The notes under the pieces are model-generated. The model saw only the letters and a program-made list of their open reading frames with translations, had not been told where the DNA came from and searched no databases. From Lama guanicoe (Eukaryota): a DNA stretch of 64,000 nucleotides. The position numbers and the translations under genes are program-made. Where the stretch lies: NCBI GenBank assembly GCA_013239625.1, contig MU054220.1, positions 2,665,374 through 2,729,373 of the forward strand. The letters run 5' to 3'. Positions 1 to 13,053 of the stretch are shown here, in pieces (within the stretch, counting starts at the first letter, position 1; every line of letters begins with the position of its first letter).

Positions 1-2489
1 GGGTCTGTGCTTGTATCTTTGATTCCAGTAAGGTGACTTGTAAATTTTTTCTCTTCTCTGGGTGTGTGTGTTTAATTAATTAACGAAGTTATGCGACATC
101 TCGGGTTCCTCTAGTCTTGCAGTACGGTCCTCCCCTCCTCACCCTGGATTGTGCTCCCTCATTCTGTGGCCCCACACTCTGTCTTTCTCTCTCCCTCTCT
201 CTCAAAAACCCTTACACTAACCTTACTCTGAGCCTTCATCTGTACTAAGTAGTAAATAACTCATGGTCATTTGCAGTGTCCTTACCAGGGGTAGATACTG
301 CAGAATAGAAAAAATGAATAGTCCACCTCTCCTGTCCTCAAGGGTCTCCATTCCTAGTGTCCTGTGTGTTTTGGTTCTCCGTCCCCAAACGGCAGCACCA
401 TGCCTTGTCCGCCCTCTGTGCTTACTGACTCCTGGTTTGGTGAATGGATCTAAGCATGAAAATGTGGGGATGGAGCACCTGGGGTCCAGCACTCTCCAGC
501 CAGGCCATTTGGCCACACAATTGACAGCTGGACCCAATGTTCCAAACCAGGGCTGTTATTTCTTTTTCACTTATTTAAAGCCAACAGGCTGTTCTGAGAA
601 GCACGTCAGACTAAAAACTTGGACTGCTTGTTTTATGAGGGAAAAAAATCACTAAGAGACCGAGGAGAGAAATTGGAAAAGGACTGAAACGCACCTCATG
701 GGGGTTGTCGCTATTTTAAAATGCTTGACTCTAACCGGCGTCATTTCTCCCTTAAATGCTTGGAGCTCTGTGGGGAGGAAAAGCTAGAGAATTTGTAGAC
801 AAATTCCCTGCCCTCAATAAGCTTATTATTTATGCCACATGCCTTATTTAGCTCCTCGCTTGTCCTCTGTCCCACTTTTCATGGAGCCTTTCTATTCATC
901 GCATTGTTGTGATGTTTGTTTAATTACGCCGTTGATGATAAACCTTTGCCGAGTGCCAGTAGTATGCACAACAATGTAAGAAACGGGCAGTTAGGTCCCA
1001 GTTATAACTGAGCTTATAACACAAGCTCAACTAGGTTTCTGCGTTTCTCCATGTCTCTGTGGCTTTTTGTTTTTCCCTCGGTGTTCAGTGTGTTCACAGG
1101 AAGGCGCCACCCTTCACCTGCTCCGTCCACAGCTCTAAGAACCATAGCCTCTTCCTAAGCCTACATTTGAACCTTTTGGCCTCCTCTCCCACCTGCCTCC
1201 CTTTTCGTCAGAGAGGTATTTTGGAACAAGAACCGCTTCTTCACAGGTTGGGCCCAATGCTGATCCCAGGGAAAGGAGGCAGAATCCCTGGTCTTCCCTC
1301 TTTTTCTGGGGAACAGGGCCCAGGCACTCCTAAGGCACTTTCAGGCAGAAGGTGATTTCAGTGGCTGAAGAAGCCCAAACTCTGCCCAAATCTTGCCTTC
1401 CTTTGCCTGAAGTGATGGGGAACCCCTCGCGTGCCGGCAGTAAATCCTGCGACAGCTGGTTCTGGATAAATAAGCCTGGTCACCCGATCCCTGCCGGCTC
1501 CAGGGGAGAGGCCGGGAGGGGCTCCTCTGCCCACAGGACCGTGCTGCTGTGGGACTGGTTTCCTGGGGATAATTAACGCTCCTCTGCCACGGCCCAGATC
1601 AAACCCAGCCACGGGCTGATGTTATGACACCTTACAATATTTGTTGACACTGTTTTCCTCCTCAGATTGCCACCCTGTCTTCCTGAGGTGAAGGGGAGGA
1701 GGGAGAGAGGTGGGGAAGCCAAAAGAGGAAGGTAGGGAAGAGACTCGGGTCACGTCTCAGCCTGGAGCGGGGCTGCTCCCCACTGCGCCTTTTCTGACGT
1801 TTTTGTCCAATCTTGTTGGTGTCTCAACCTCCCTGGGGTTTTGGCCGCTTCCCCTGGGGAGGTGATTTTTCACAGTGAGTCCGCTTGTCCCTGACTTTCA
1901 GCTTCTAGCACTGTCTTAATTCCAGCCATTGTCTCACTTTTAAATGCACATGAAATAGCCCATCCTTCTTTGATTCTTTTCACCTTGCTGGTGTTTGTAG
2001 TGGAATGATCGTCCTTGATTTATGAGTTAGCCAAGCTGCGCGTAATTATTTCTTCGTCTTTACTCATGGATTCTTCCATCCCTTAATCACTCTTGTTTTT
2101 CCCTAAACTGCCACTTTCTCTACATTTGTCTGGTAATGAGGCAGCTGCTGCCACGTCCAGTTCCTGTTCTGGGGACCTAGCATCTGAAGAGGGCAGTTAA
2201 AGTGCTCAGGACCCGCCCCTGCCCCTTTGCATTGTGAATCAGCTTGTCCCTGATTGATTGTTCAGCACTTAACACTTTCATAATTTCAGCCATTGTGTTT
2301 ATTGAAAGTGCATTGACCATGGAACACCACAGTTCATCTCTCTCTCCCTCTCTCGTTTGTGGATGGAAGGATTGTTCCTGATCTATGCATGTATTTATTC
2401 ACAGTGGCTTCTGAATAAGGCTCTATACCTACTTCAATTTTAGATGCTTTGCGGAGTCTCCTGCTGTGTGTGGGAATTCAGAATAGACC

Positions 2490-2730
2490 TTGTAAGGTGG
2501 AGGTGGGGACTCTGGAGCTAGTTTCGCGCAGCCTGTGTTCAAATCCCAGCCTTCCCCCTCCTCCTTCCTAGCTGAGTGACCCTGGGCAAATCCCTTAACC
2601 GCAAGAGGCCTCGCTTTCCTGATCCATCAAATGGGAATACCATCACTGGCTCCAGTGTTGCCCTAAGGATGAGATGAAGTGGCTCATGAGCACAGCGTGG
2701 CATGGGTACCCAGTTTAGTGTGTTTCCTTC
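2490..2730 (+). mobile_element. MIR SINE
   Basis: Core gttcaaatcccagc...gtgaccctgggcaaatcccttaacc...aaatggga. Confidence 0.75.
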
Positions 2731-5494
2731 AGTGCGTGCGCTTGGCTCCTTCTCCAGGTGATTCCCAGACTCTTGGAGTTTGTAGACTAGGAAAATCTCA
2801 GAATACATTTTGATGAGTGTGAAGTTTGCCAACCTGTTCTTTTGCCAACTTTTTAATTTTGCCAAGGAAGAACAATATAAAAAAAAAAGACACACAACTA
2901 ACCTCCATCTATTTTCACAAAAAATATTTGAATGCAAAAAATAGAGGACATCGTTTTAGAGTTAAAAATGGAATACATTTAGCCTATGAAAACCTCTCTG
3001 CATTATTGTTCTTATTCTTATCTCACTAGGGACGAGTGGAAACACATCACAGATCATTTGGGAACTGTTGTGTTCATTGACAACTCTGAAGGGCTTTCCA
3101 GATGAGCCTTTCCTTACTGTAGACAACTTGCTCTGAGGTGGGGAGGGGTAGGCAGACAAGGAGGGAGCAGCGCATTTTTTGGTGTTAAGTTTAATGAGCT
3201 ACTGAGGTGTGACTGCTGAGTTGGGGGACCTTGGGATGATTAGAGAGCAAGTGTGAGAAGTTGATGTGCACAAAAGTATGTGAAGAAAGCAGAGGCAGAA
3301 CATTTCATGTCTGAATTCCAGGTAAAATAACGGCTGTATTTGCATTTGAGGTTTTTGTTTGTTTTTTGTTTTTCAAAGACACAAGCAAACAATCAAAACT
3401 TGCCATATCTGTTCACCCATAACTGAAGGGTGTGTAGGCTCAGGATGGTTTCACACTGACCCTGTTACAAGTCACTTGTACTTTTTCAGACACACACACC
3501 CCCACAAGTATACTTTGGGGTCAAAACATTCCATATCTAGTGTAAGTGCAGAGGTGAATGTTTTTGAGCAGTTTGAGCTAACTCTGCTCATCTGGTTTTG
3601 CTTAGGGGAGCATGGAAAAATCCTTCCTGGGAGAAAAAAAATCACACACACAAACCCACACATCCTTTGGGGTCTTTTAAAGTTGGGTTAAGTCACACCT
3701 GGGTAGGGAAACTCATCCAGATAGGAAGTCTTATGGACTGATCTGGTGTCTGGAAGCAGGCACAGAGCAGGCGTGCACGGTCTCCACATCACATGGGAGC
3801 TTGCTGCCCCTGTGCTAGGAGATGGCCAGAACTGCTGACTTTGCAGGGTAAAATCACCACCACTTAACTGCATGCTGGGTACTCCGCAAAGCGCCTCACT
3901 TGGGTTGTCTTGTCTAAACCTTGTGTTACCCTTTGTGCTAAGCACTATTAGAAAGCCCATTTTACAGATGAGAAAATCAAGGTTTACACTGCTTTAGACA
4001 AAAGTTGTCCAAAGTCATACCAGAGCCGATATGCAGTAGAGCTGGGATAGACACGCAGGCCTTTCTGACTGGTGTTTCAACTACTAGGATGTTTAGCTCC
4101 TAAAATCTTAGGTCTGACATGACTGGGAAGTGGACTTGAACCATCCCTTCTGAGGTGACCTTTGGAAAAGGAGACATCGCCCACCATACACAAAGACATA
4201 CACACACACTTTTAAAACTCTTTGAAGCACTCCTAAAACACATAGTGTTTCTCCCTTTCTTTAAAACGACGATCTAGGAAATTTCCTGGAGAATGATCCA
4301 AAGCTTTAGAGTATTTATGCTCTTGGACCCAGAAATTGCCCTGCTAGGAATTTATCTGGTAACCAGTATATTCCAGGCATCTTCAGCCTGTGGATCCAAA
4401 GGGCTGTGCTCAAGTGTTACCATCTTAGGGGGGCCCTGACCAGCTCAACTGGAATAGCTTCCCCCCTCCCTTAGCCCTTCCTTGTCCTCCTTCAAAGCCC
4501 TCCAGCTGAAATGACAGGATCTAACTGTCATGGGAGGTGAATCCTATGATAGCAGGGATTCTTCTGTTTGGCCTCTGCTTTATCCCCAGTGACTAAATCA
4601 GTATCTGATTTATTGGAGGCCCTCAACAAAGACTTCTGAAGGAACGAAGGATCTTATGTTACATAAATACCTCAGATCCCAAACTCTGCTTGATTGTCAG
4701 GGGCTCTAGTCTTTTGCAAATGTCCCACTCCCCCACATGCTAGAGTTCCCCTTGAAGTTTCCATAAATTGGTCCTGGCCATCACTCACCACCCCTGTCAG
4801 TAGGTGGAGGGGGACACTCAAGCATGTCCCTTGAGACCAAAGTCCACAAACCCTAGTCTCCCTGACAGCCTCCAAGGAGCTGCTCCTGCTGTTGTCACCC
4901 ACGCCTGCTGTCCTCCCTGGCCCCAGTGCAGCCTCCTCTTGGAGGTATCACATTGCTGCTGGCCATACCAGGACTTGAGGCATACCCATTGTTGAGGCAA
5001 TTTCAGGCTAGCAGCCCACCCTAGGCAGCCTTGATGTGGACCTCTGCCCATCTGCACAGGCAGTGAGGGACACCCCCCCCCAGTTTTTGCCAATGCCAAG
5101 TTCTGTAGCAAAGTTGCTTGAGTCCCAATGAGTTTCAGCCTTTTCCCCGCACCCCAGCAAGCACACCCCCCAAAGCACCTTCAGCCTCAGGGATGCCTGC
5201 ATAGTGGGTCCACTCTTTGGATCTGTAACCTGCGTTCTCTCCAAGCCTGGGCCCTGTAGCTGGGCTGATTCAGCATGAGGGGTCCCTTCTCTCCTCCAAC
5301 AGGGAGTTGAGGAGTTGTGGGGGCACATTTCAGAATCAGCATGAGAATCTCTGGGTGGGGAAGGGTGGGTGAGAGAGGCAGAAAGGCCCTACCCTCTTCC
5401 CTGAGACAGCCTGCTGGGGTGAGTGTGGTCCTCCCTGCCTACTCTCCTCTCCTGTGGGTTCTTTTTTTGAATCTGGATTCAGCTTTGTTGTTGT

Positions 5495-6075
5495 TTTCTT
5501 TTAATCAAGGTGTCATTTACATACAGAAAAAGGCACCCATTTTAAGTGCACAAAGAGCTTTGACAACTGTGTAAGCCTGTGTAACCACTACTACGTAGGA
5601 TACTCCCATCACCCCCCAAAGTTTCCTTAAATCTTTTTGCAGTCAGTCTCCCCCACCACTCTCCCCCCACCCCAAGCACTGGTTTGTTTTCTGTGCCTAT
5701 AGATTAGTTTTACCTCTTCTAGAACTCCATAGAGATGGAATCACATTGAATGTACTCTTTTGTGTCTTCTTTCACTCAGCATATTTTAGAGATATTTCTA
5801 CGTTCTTATGCAGAGCAATAGTTCATTTATTTTCATTGTTGAGTAGTAGTGCATGGTCTGGATAGACCTCGATTTGTTTATACATTCACCTGTTGATGGG
5901 TATTTAGATTGTTCCAGTTTTTGGCTATTGCCTGTTGTGACTATTTAGTAGTAGTGTTTTGGTGGATATGTTTTTATTTCTCTTGGGTAAATATCTAGGA
6001 TTGAAATTGCCAGTCATATGGAAAGCATATATTTAATTTTGTAGAAACTGCCAAAATATTTTTCGAAGTGGCTAC
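5495..6075 (-). mobile_element. Ancient L1 3' end fragment
   Basis: Typical antisense L1 3' text (ttcacctgttgatggg...ttttggctatt...tctcttgggtaaatatctagga). Confidence 0.75.
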
Positions 6076-6279
6076 ACAGGGGAAGGTTTGATCTTAACTC
6101 CTTTCACTGGCCTTGTCTAAGTTCTAGCTTCTGCTCTTTTATAACTCAAATGAAACATCAGATTAAATATACCCATTTATATATTCTCAAAGTGTTCATT
6201 GTAGTCTTGTTTAGAAACAGAAAAAAAAAACTGGAAATGATCTGAGGGTCAAAAATTAGTAGACTGCTGACTCTAGGAC

Positions 6280-7110
6280 TGAGACAGAAAAAAATACAAG
6301 AAAAGCCCGTAGCATCCTATAGTGTCAGAAAGTAAGGAAGTGCTCAAAGAAACAAACAAAGACTAAACCACAATGATAGGAGTGTGTCAAAGAAAAGCAG
6401 GAGCCAAATGAAAGAGCTCCCAGTGGCTAAGAGTGGAACAATTTGAGGAACAAAATAAAGTAGCATTGGATTGTAACCCAAATATGAAATAAATATCCAT
6501 GAATCCATAATGATATTGATGACTGAATAAATAAGTGGAGGAGAATAAACACAGCTTCCATGCAGAAGAATTTCAAATAATTTACATAGGTACTGTGCCC
6601 ACAAGGAGGGGGATTAACTTCTCACTCCAGAAGTGTGGGCTTCGCATAGCAACTTTCTTTCAAAAAATACAGTACAGAAAATGGGGGGGAAAGGAAGTAA
6701 CGTTACAATGGAAAACCATGACGAACACTACCCCAGCCAGGGGATCTAGGTGGACATCAGTGGTGATAAGTCATGTTGATAGTATGTACCCTTGAGGTGA
6801 TGTGCTGAAAATAGCAGTTTACTTCTGTGCTCTTTTCCCCCAAAACATAACCCCGGTCTAATCATGAGAAAAACATCAGACAAATATCCCAATTGAGAAC
6901 CATTCTACAAAAGACTTGGCTAGTATTCCTCAAAACTGTCAAGGTCATCAAAAACAAGGAAAGTCTGAGAAACTGTCACAGTCCAGAAGCACCTAAGTAG
7001 CCATGACAACTAAATGTAATGTGGGATCCTGCAACAGAAAAAAGGAAATTAGGTGAAAAAACAAGGAAATTTGAATAAAGTATGGACTTTAGTTAATAAT
7101 AATATATTAG
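6280..7110 (+). mobile_element. Ancient L1 (L1MC/MD-like) 3'UTR; resumes at 8648-8730
   Basis: Characteristic GAATAAAGTATGGACTTTAGTTAATAATAAT...CATTAATTTTAACAAGTGTACCATGCTAATGTAAGATG text split by the younger insertion. Confidence 0.75.
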
Positions 7111-8046
7111 CCCAATCCAAAAATGGGTAGAAGACCTAAACAAGCAATTCTCCAAGGAAGAAATACAAATAATCAATAGGCACATGAAAAAATGCTCAAT
7201 ATCACTAATTATCAGAGAAATGCAAATCAAAACTACAAGGAGGTATCACCTCACACCAGTCAGAATGGCCATCATTCAAAAGTCCACAAATGACAAATGC
7301 TGGAGAGGCTGTGGAGAAAAGGGAACCCTCCTACACTGCTGGTGGGAATGCAGTCTGGTGCAACCACTGTGGAAAACAGTATGGAGATTCCTCAAAAGAC
7401 TAGGAATAGACTTACCATATGACCCAGGAATCCCACTCCTGGGCATATATCCAGAAGGAACCCTACTTCAAAATGACACCTGCACCCCAACGTTCATAGC
7501 AGCACTATTTTACAATAGCCAAGACATGGAACAGCCTAAATGTCCATGAACAGATGACTGGATAAAGAAGAAAGAGGTGGTAATACAATGGAATACTATT
7601 CAGCCATAAAAATCAACAACATAACACCATTTGCAGCAACATGGATGTTCCTGGAGAATGTCATTCTAAGTGAAATAAGCCAGAAAGAGAAAGAAAAAAT
7701 ACTATATGAGATTGCTCATATGTGGAATCTAGAAAACAAAACAAAACATAAATACAAAACAGAAACAGACTCATAGACATAGAATACAAACTTGTGGTTG
7801 CCAAGGGGGTGGAGGGTGGGAAGGGACAGCCTGGGAGTTCAAAATGTAGAATAGATAAACAAGATTATATTGTATAGCACAGAGAATATACACAAGATCT
7901 TATGGTAGCTCACAGTGAAAAAAAATGACAATGAGTATATGTACGTTCATGTATAACTGAAAAATTGTGCTCTACAGTGGAATGTGACACAACATTGTAA
8001 AATGACTATAACTCAATAAAAAAGTTAAAAAAACAAAACAAAACAC
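7111..8046 (+). mobile_element. 5'-truncated LINE-1 3' end, closely related to the 10408-13053 element
   Basis: ORF2 C-terminal frames ([17 protein letters not shown]...CWRGCGEKG), 3'UTR, AATAAA and an A-rich tail at ~8027-8046. Confidence 0.92.
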
Positions 8047-8647
8047 AGGGCTTGAAAATACATGAAGCAAAAACTGACAATCTTAACGGAGAAATAGACA
8101 AATGACATTGTTGGTGATTATAACACATCTCCCTCAGGTATCAAGAGAACAATTTCACAACAAAGAATTAGTAAGGATATGTATTACTTGACTGATTCTA
8201 TAAGATACCAAAATGTTGCATAGTTTGAGGTTTTTTATTTGGTCTATGACCCAGTTTGGGTAAATTTTTTGGTGTTGAATGTGAGTTGTAAAGAGAAATT
8301 CAATCTTTTGCATATACTGGAAACATGTTAAAAAGAGGACTGTTTCTACATTGAACTGACTTTGCATCTGTGTAAATTAATTAACAGTATATGTGTGGAT
8401 CTATTACTAGACTTTCTGTTATGCTCCCTTGATACATAGTCATATAGTCTATTGTTTTAAAATCACATACCATACTGTCTTCTCTACTTTATAGTAAGTA
8501 TGGAAATCAGGTTGTATAAGTCATCCAGATTATTCTTTTTCAGAATTGTTTTGGCTATTTTATTTCCTTTGCCTGCTCATATAGATTTTAGAAACAGCTT
8601 GTCAATTTCTAATAAATAAATGAATAATAAATAAATAAATAAATAAA
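8047..8647 (+). mobile_element. Putative L1 3'-transduced segment made of old L1 debris, ending in an (AATA)n tail
   Basis: Lies between the L1 tail and a second A-rich tail (8611-8647), inside TSDs at 7095-7110 and 8648-8663. Confidence 0.7.
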
Positions 8648-8814
8648 AATAATAATGTATTAGTATACATTCATTAATTTTAACAAGTGTACCATGCTAA
8701 TGTAAGATGTGAATAATAGGGGAAACTATTATTTGGTTTATTATATATATTATATATAATAATATGTATATTATTTATTATATATATGTGTGTGTGTGTG
8801 TATATATATAAAAT

Positions 8815-10407
8815 ACATACATGCCACATCTTCTTTATCCATTCATCTGTCAATGGACATTTAATTTGCTTCCACGTCTTGGCTATTGTAAATAGTGCTG
8901 CTATGAACATTGGGGTGTATGTATCTTTTCAAATTAGAGTTTCCATCTTTTCTGGATATATGCCCAGGAGTAAGACTGCTGGATCATATAGTAATCCTAT
9001 TTTAATTTTTTTAAGGAACCTCCATACTGTTCTCCATAGTGGCTGAACCAATTTACATTCCCACCAACAGTGTAAGAGGGTTCCCTTTTCTCCACACCTT
9101 CTCGAGCATTTGTTATTTGTAGACATTTTAGTGATGACCATTCTGGTGTGAGCTTGTACCTCATTGTAGTTTTGATTTGCATTTCTTTAATAATTATCAA
9201 TGTCAAGCATTTTTCATGTGCCTGCTGGCCATCTGTATGTCTTCTTTGGAGAAATGTCCATTTAGGTCCTCTGCCCATTTTTTGATCAGGTTGTTTCATT
9301 TTTTTTGTTACTGAGTTATATGAGCTATTGTGTATTTTGGAAATTAAGCCCCTGTTGGTTGCATTGTTTGCAAATATTTTGTCCCATTCCATAGGTTGTG
9401 GTTTCGTTCTTTATAGTTTCTTTTTCTGTGCAAAAGCTTTTAAGTTTAATTAGATCTCATTTGTTTATTTTTGCTTTTGTTTCCATTACTATGAGACAGA
9501 TCCAAAAAAAGATTGCAGTGATTTATGTCAAAGGGTGTTCTGCCTATGTTTTCCTCTAGGAATTTTATAGTATCTGGTCTTACATTTAGGTCTTTAATCT
9601 ATTTTGAGTTTATTTTTTATATGGTGTTAGAGAATGTTCTATTGTGACATGTAGCTGTCCAGTTTTCCTGCACCACCTATTGAAGAAACTGTCTTTTCTC
9701 CATTGTATATTCTTGCCTCCTTTGTTGTAGACTAATGACAATAAGTATGTGTGATAATTTCTGGGCTTTCTATCCTATTTCATTGATCTATGTGTCTATT
9801 TTTGTGCCAGTTCCATACTGTTTTGATTACTGTGGCTTTGTAGTAAAATCAGGAAGCATGAGTCCTCCATCTCTGTTCTTCTTTCTCAAGATTGTTTTGC
9901 TATTCAGGGTCTTCTGTGTTTCCATGCAAATTGAAATTTTTTTTATTCTAACTGTGAAAAATGCCATTGGTAATTTGATAGGGATTGCACTGAATCTGCA
10001 TATTGCCTTGGATAGTATGGTCACTTCAACAGTATTGATTCTTCCAATCCAACAACACGTTATATCCTTCCATCTGTTTGTTTTGTCTTCAATTTCCTTC
10101 ATCAGTGTCTTACAGTTTTTGGAATACGCGTCTTTTGCTTCCTTACGTAGGTTTATTTCTAGGTATTTTATTCTTTTTGTTGTGATGGTAAATGGAATTG
10201 TTTCCTTAATTTCTCTTTCTGATTGTTCATTGTTAGTGTATAGAAAGGCAACAGATTTCTGTATACTAATTTTATATCCTGCAACTTTACTGAATTCATT
10301 GATGAGCTGTAGTACTTTTCTGATGATGTCTTTAGGGTTGTCTATCTATAGTACCATCCCATCTGCGGTGACAGTTTTACCTTTGCCTTTCCAATTTGGA
10401 TTTCTTT
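8815..10407 (-). mobile_element. Older frameshifted LINE-1 ORF2, 3' part (host of the young L1)
   Basis: Several short ORF2-like frames ([37 protein letters not shown]) broken by indels. Confidence 0.9.
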
Positions 10408-13053
10408 TTTTTTTAACATTTTTTATTGATTTATAATCATTTTACAATGTTGTGTCAAATTCCAGTGTTCAGCACAATTTTTCAGTCATTCATGGACATA
10501 TACACACTCATTGTCACATTTTTTTCTCTGTGATTTATCATAACATTTTGTGTATATTTCCCTGTGCTATACAGTGTAATCTTGTTTATCTATTCTACAA
10601 TTTTGAAATCCCAGTCTATCCCTTCCCACCCTCTACCCTCCTGGTAACCACAAGTCTGTATTCTCTGTCCATGAGTCTATTTCTGTCCTGTATTTATGCT
10701 TTGTTTTTGTTTGTTTGTTTGTTTTTGTTTTTGTTTTTTAGATTCCACATATGAGCAATCTCATATGGTATTTTTCTTTCTCTTTCTGGCTTACTTCACT
10801 TAGAATGACATTCTCTAGGAGCATCCATGTTGCTGCAAATGGCATTATGTTGTCGGTTTTTATGGCTGAGTAGTATTCCATTGTATAAATATACCACCTC
10901 TTCTTTATCCAGTCACCTGTTGATGGACATTTAGGCTGTTTCCATGTTTTGGCTATTGTAAATAGTGCTGCTATGAACATTGGGGTGCAGGTGTCATCCT
11001 GAAGTAGATTTCCTTCTGGATACAAGCCCAGGAGTGGGATTCCTGGGTCATATGGTAAGTCTATTCCTAGTCTTTTGAGGAATCTCCACACTGTTTTCCA
11101 TAGTGGCTGCACCAAACTGCATTCCCACCAGCAGTGTAGGAGGGTTCCCCTTTCTCCACAGCCTCTCCAGCATTTGTCATTTTTGGATTTTTGAATGACG
11201 GCCATTCTGACTGGTGTGAGGTGATACCTCATTGTAGTTTTGATTTGCATTTCTCTGATAATTAGTGATATTGAACATTTTTTCATGTGCTTTTTGATCA
11301 TTTGTATGTCTTCCTTGGAGAATTGCTTGTTTAGGTCTTCTGCCCATTTTTGGATTGGGTTGTTTATTTTTTTCTTATTGAGTCGTATGAGCTGCTTATA
11401 TATTTTGGAGATCAAGCCTTTGTCGGTTTCACTTGCAAAAATTTTCTCCCATTCCGTAGGTTTTCTTCTTGTTTTATTTCTGGTTTCCTTTGCTCTGCAG
11501 AAGCTTGTAAGTTTCATTAGGTCCCATTTGTTTATTCTTGCTTTTATTTCTTCTAGGAGAAAATTTTTGAAATGTATGTCAGATAATGTTTTGCCTATGT
11601 TTTCCTCTAGGAGGTTTATTGTATCTTGTCTTATGTTTAAGTCTTTAATCCATTTTGAGTTGATTTTTGTATATGGTGTAAGGGTGTGTTCTAGCTTCAT
11701 TGTTTTACATGCTGCTGTCCAGTTTTCCCAACACCATTTGCTGAAGAGACTGTCTTTATTCCATTGTATATTCTTGCCTCCTTTGTCGAAGATGAGTTGA
11801 CCAAAAGTTTGTGGGTTCATTTCTGGGCTCTCTATTCTGTTCCATTGGTCTATATGTCTGTTTTGGTACCAATACCATGCTGTCTTGATGACTGTAGCTC
11901 TATAGTATTGTCTGAAGTCTGGGAGAGTTATTCCTCCAGCCTCTTTCTTTCTCTTCAGTAATGCTTTAGCAATTCTAGGTCTTTGATGGTTCCATATAAA
12001 TTTTATTATGATTTGTTCTAGTTCTGTGAAATATGTCCTGGGTAATTGGATAGGGATTGCATTAAATCTGTAGATTGCCTTGGGCAGTGTGACCATTTTA
12101 ACAATATTGATTCTTCCAATCCAAGAGCATGGAATATCTTTCCATTTTTTAAAGTCTTCTTTAATTTCCTTCATCAATGGTTTATAGTTTTCTGTGTATA
12201 ATTCTTTCACCTCCTTGGTTAGATTTATTCCCAGATATTTTATTACTTTGGGTGCTATTTTAAAGGGGATTGTTTCTTTACTTTCTTTTTCTGTTGATTT
12301 ATCGTTAGTGTAAAGAAAGGCAACTGATTTTTGAACATTAATTTTGTAACCTGCTACCTTGCTGAATTCTTCGATCAGCTCTAGTAGCTTTTTTGTGGAC
12401 CTTTTAGGGTTTTCTATATATAGTAACATGTCGTCAGCATATAATGACACTTTTACCTCTTCTTTTCCAATTTGGATCCCTTTTATTTCTTTCTCTTGCC
12501 TGATTGCTGTGGCTAGGACTTCCAGGACTATATTGAATAGGAGTGGTGATAGTGGGCATCCTTGTCTTGTCCCAGATTTTAGTGGGAAGCTTTTGAGTTT
12601 TTCACCGTTGAGAACTATGCTGGCTATAGGTTTGTCATATATAGCTTTTATTATGTTGAGATATGTTCCCTCTATACCCACTTTGGCGAGAGTTTTTATC
12701 ATAAATGGGTGTTGAATTTTATCAAATGCTTTTTCTGCATCGATTGAGATGATCATGTGGTTTTTGTCCTTTCTCTTGTTGATGTGATGTATTACATTGA
12801 TTGATTTGCGTATGTTGAACCAGCCTTGTGTCCCTGGGATGAACCCCACTTGGTCATGATGTATAATCTTTTTTATGTGTTGTTGGATTCTATTTGCTAA
12901 AATTTTGGTGAGGATTTTGGCGTCTATGTTCATCAGTGATATTGGCCTATAATTCTCTTTTTTTGTAGTGTCTTTGCCTGGTTTTGGTATCAGGGTGATG
13001 GTGGCTTCATAGAATGAGTTTGGGAATATTCCCTCCTTTTCAATCGTCTGGAA
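10408..13053 (-). mobile_element. Young 5'-truncated LINE-1 (ORF2 3' portion, 3'UTR, poly-A)
   Basis: Uninterrupted ORF2 frame, poly-T/TTTATT at 10408-10430, and 11-bp TSD TGGATTTCTTT at 10397-10407 and 13054-13064. Confidence 0.95.
10738..13053 (-). CDS. LINE-1 ORF2p fragment: reverse transcriptase plus C-terminal Cys-rich domain; no endonuclease domain, no native start
   Basis: 731-aa ORF (10738-12933) with [17 protein letters not shown] and [18 protein letters not shown] motifs. The frame stays open 40 codons further upstream ([40 protein letters not shown]) to the truncation point. Confidence 0.9.
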   Translation of the reverse strand, partial: FQTIEKEGIFPNSFYEATITLIPKPGKDTTKKENYRPISLMNIDAKILTKILANRIQQHIKKIIHHDQVGFIPGTQGWFNIRKSINVIHHINKRKDKNHMIISIDAEKAFDKIQHPFMIKTLAKVGIEGTYLNIIKAIYDKPIASIVLNGEKLKSFPLKSGTRQGCPLSPLLFNIVLEVLATAIRQEKEIKGIQIGKEEVKVSLYADDMLLYIENPKRSTKKLLELIEEFSKVAGYKINVQKSVAFLYTNDKSTEKESKETIPFKIAPKVIKYLGINLTKEVKELYTENYKPLMKEIKEDFKKWKDIPCSWIGRINIVKMVTLPKAIYRFNAIPIQLPRTYFTELEQIIIKFIWNHQRPRIAKALLKRKKEAGGITLPDFRQYYRATVIKTAWYWYQNRHIDQWNRIESPEMNPQTFGQLIFDKGGKNIQWNKDSLFSKWCWENWTAACKTMKLEHTLTPYTKINSKWIKDLNIRQDTINLLEENIGKTLSDIHFKNFLLEEIKARINKWDLMKLTSFCRAKETRNKTRRKPTEWEKIFASETDKGLISKIYKQLIRLNKKKINNPIQKWAEDLNKQFSKEDIQMIKKHMKKCSISLIIREMQIKTTMRYHLTPVRMAVIQKSKNDKCWRGCGERGTLLHCWWECSLVQPLWKTVWRFLKRLGIDLPYDPGIPLLGLYPEGNLLQDDTCTPMFIAALFTIAKTWKQPKCPSTGDWIKKRWYIYTMEYYSAIKTDNIMPFAATWMLLENVILSEVSQKEKEKYHMRLLICGI

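Noticed and set aside
900..1015. TGATGA...CTGA pair and short inverted repeats suggesting a C/D snoRNA
   Set aside because: The box C context is imperfect, there is no convincing terminal stem, and there is no host intron.
9735..12715. Hydrophobic + strand ORFs (233, 186 and 118 aa)
   Set aside because: They are antisense shadows of A-rich L1 ORF2.
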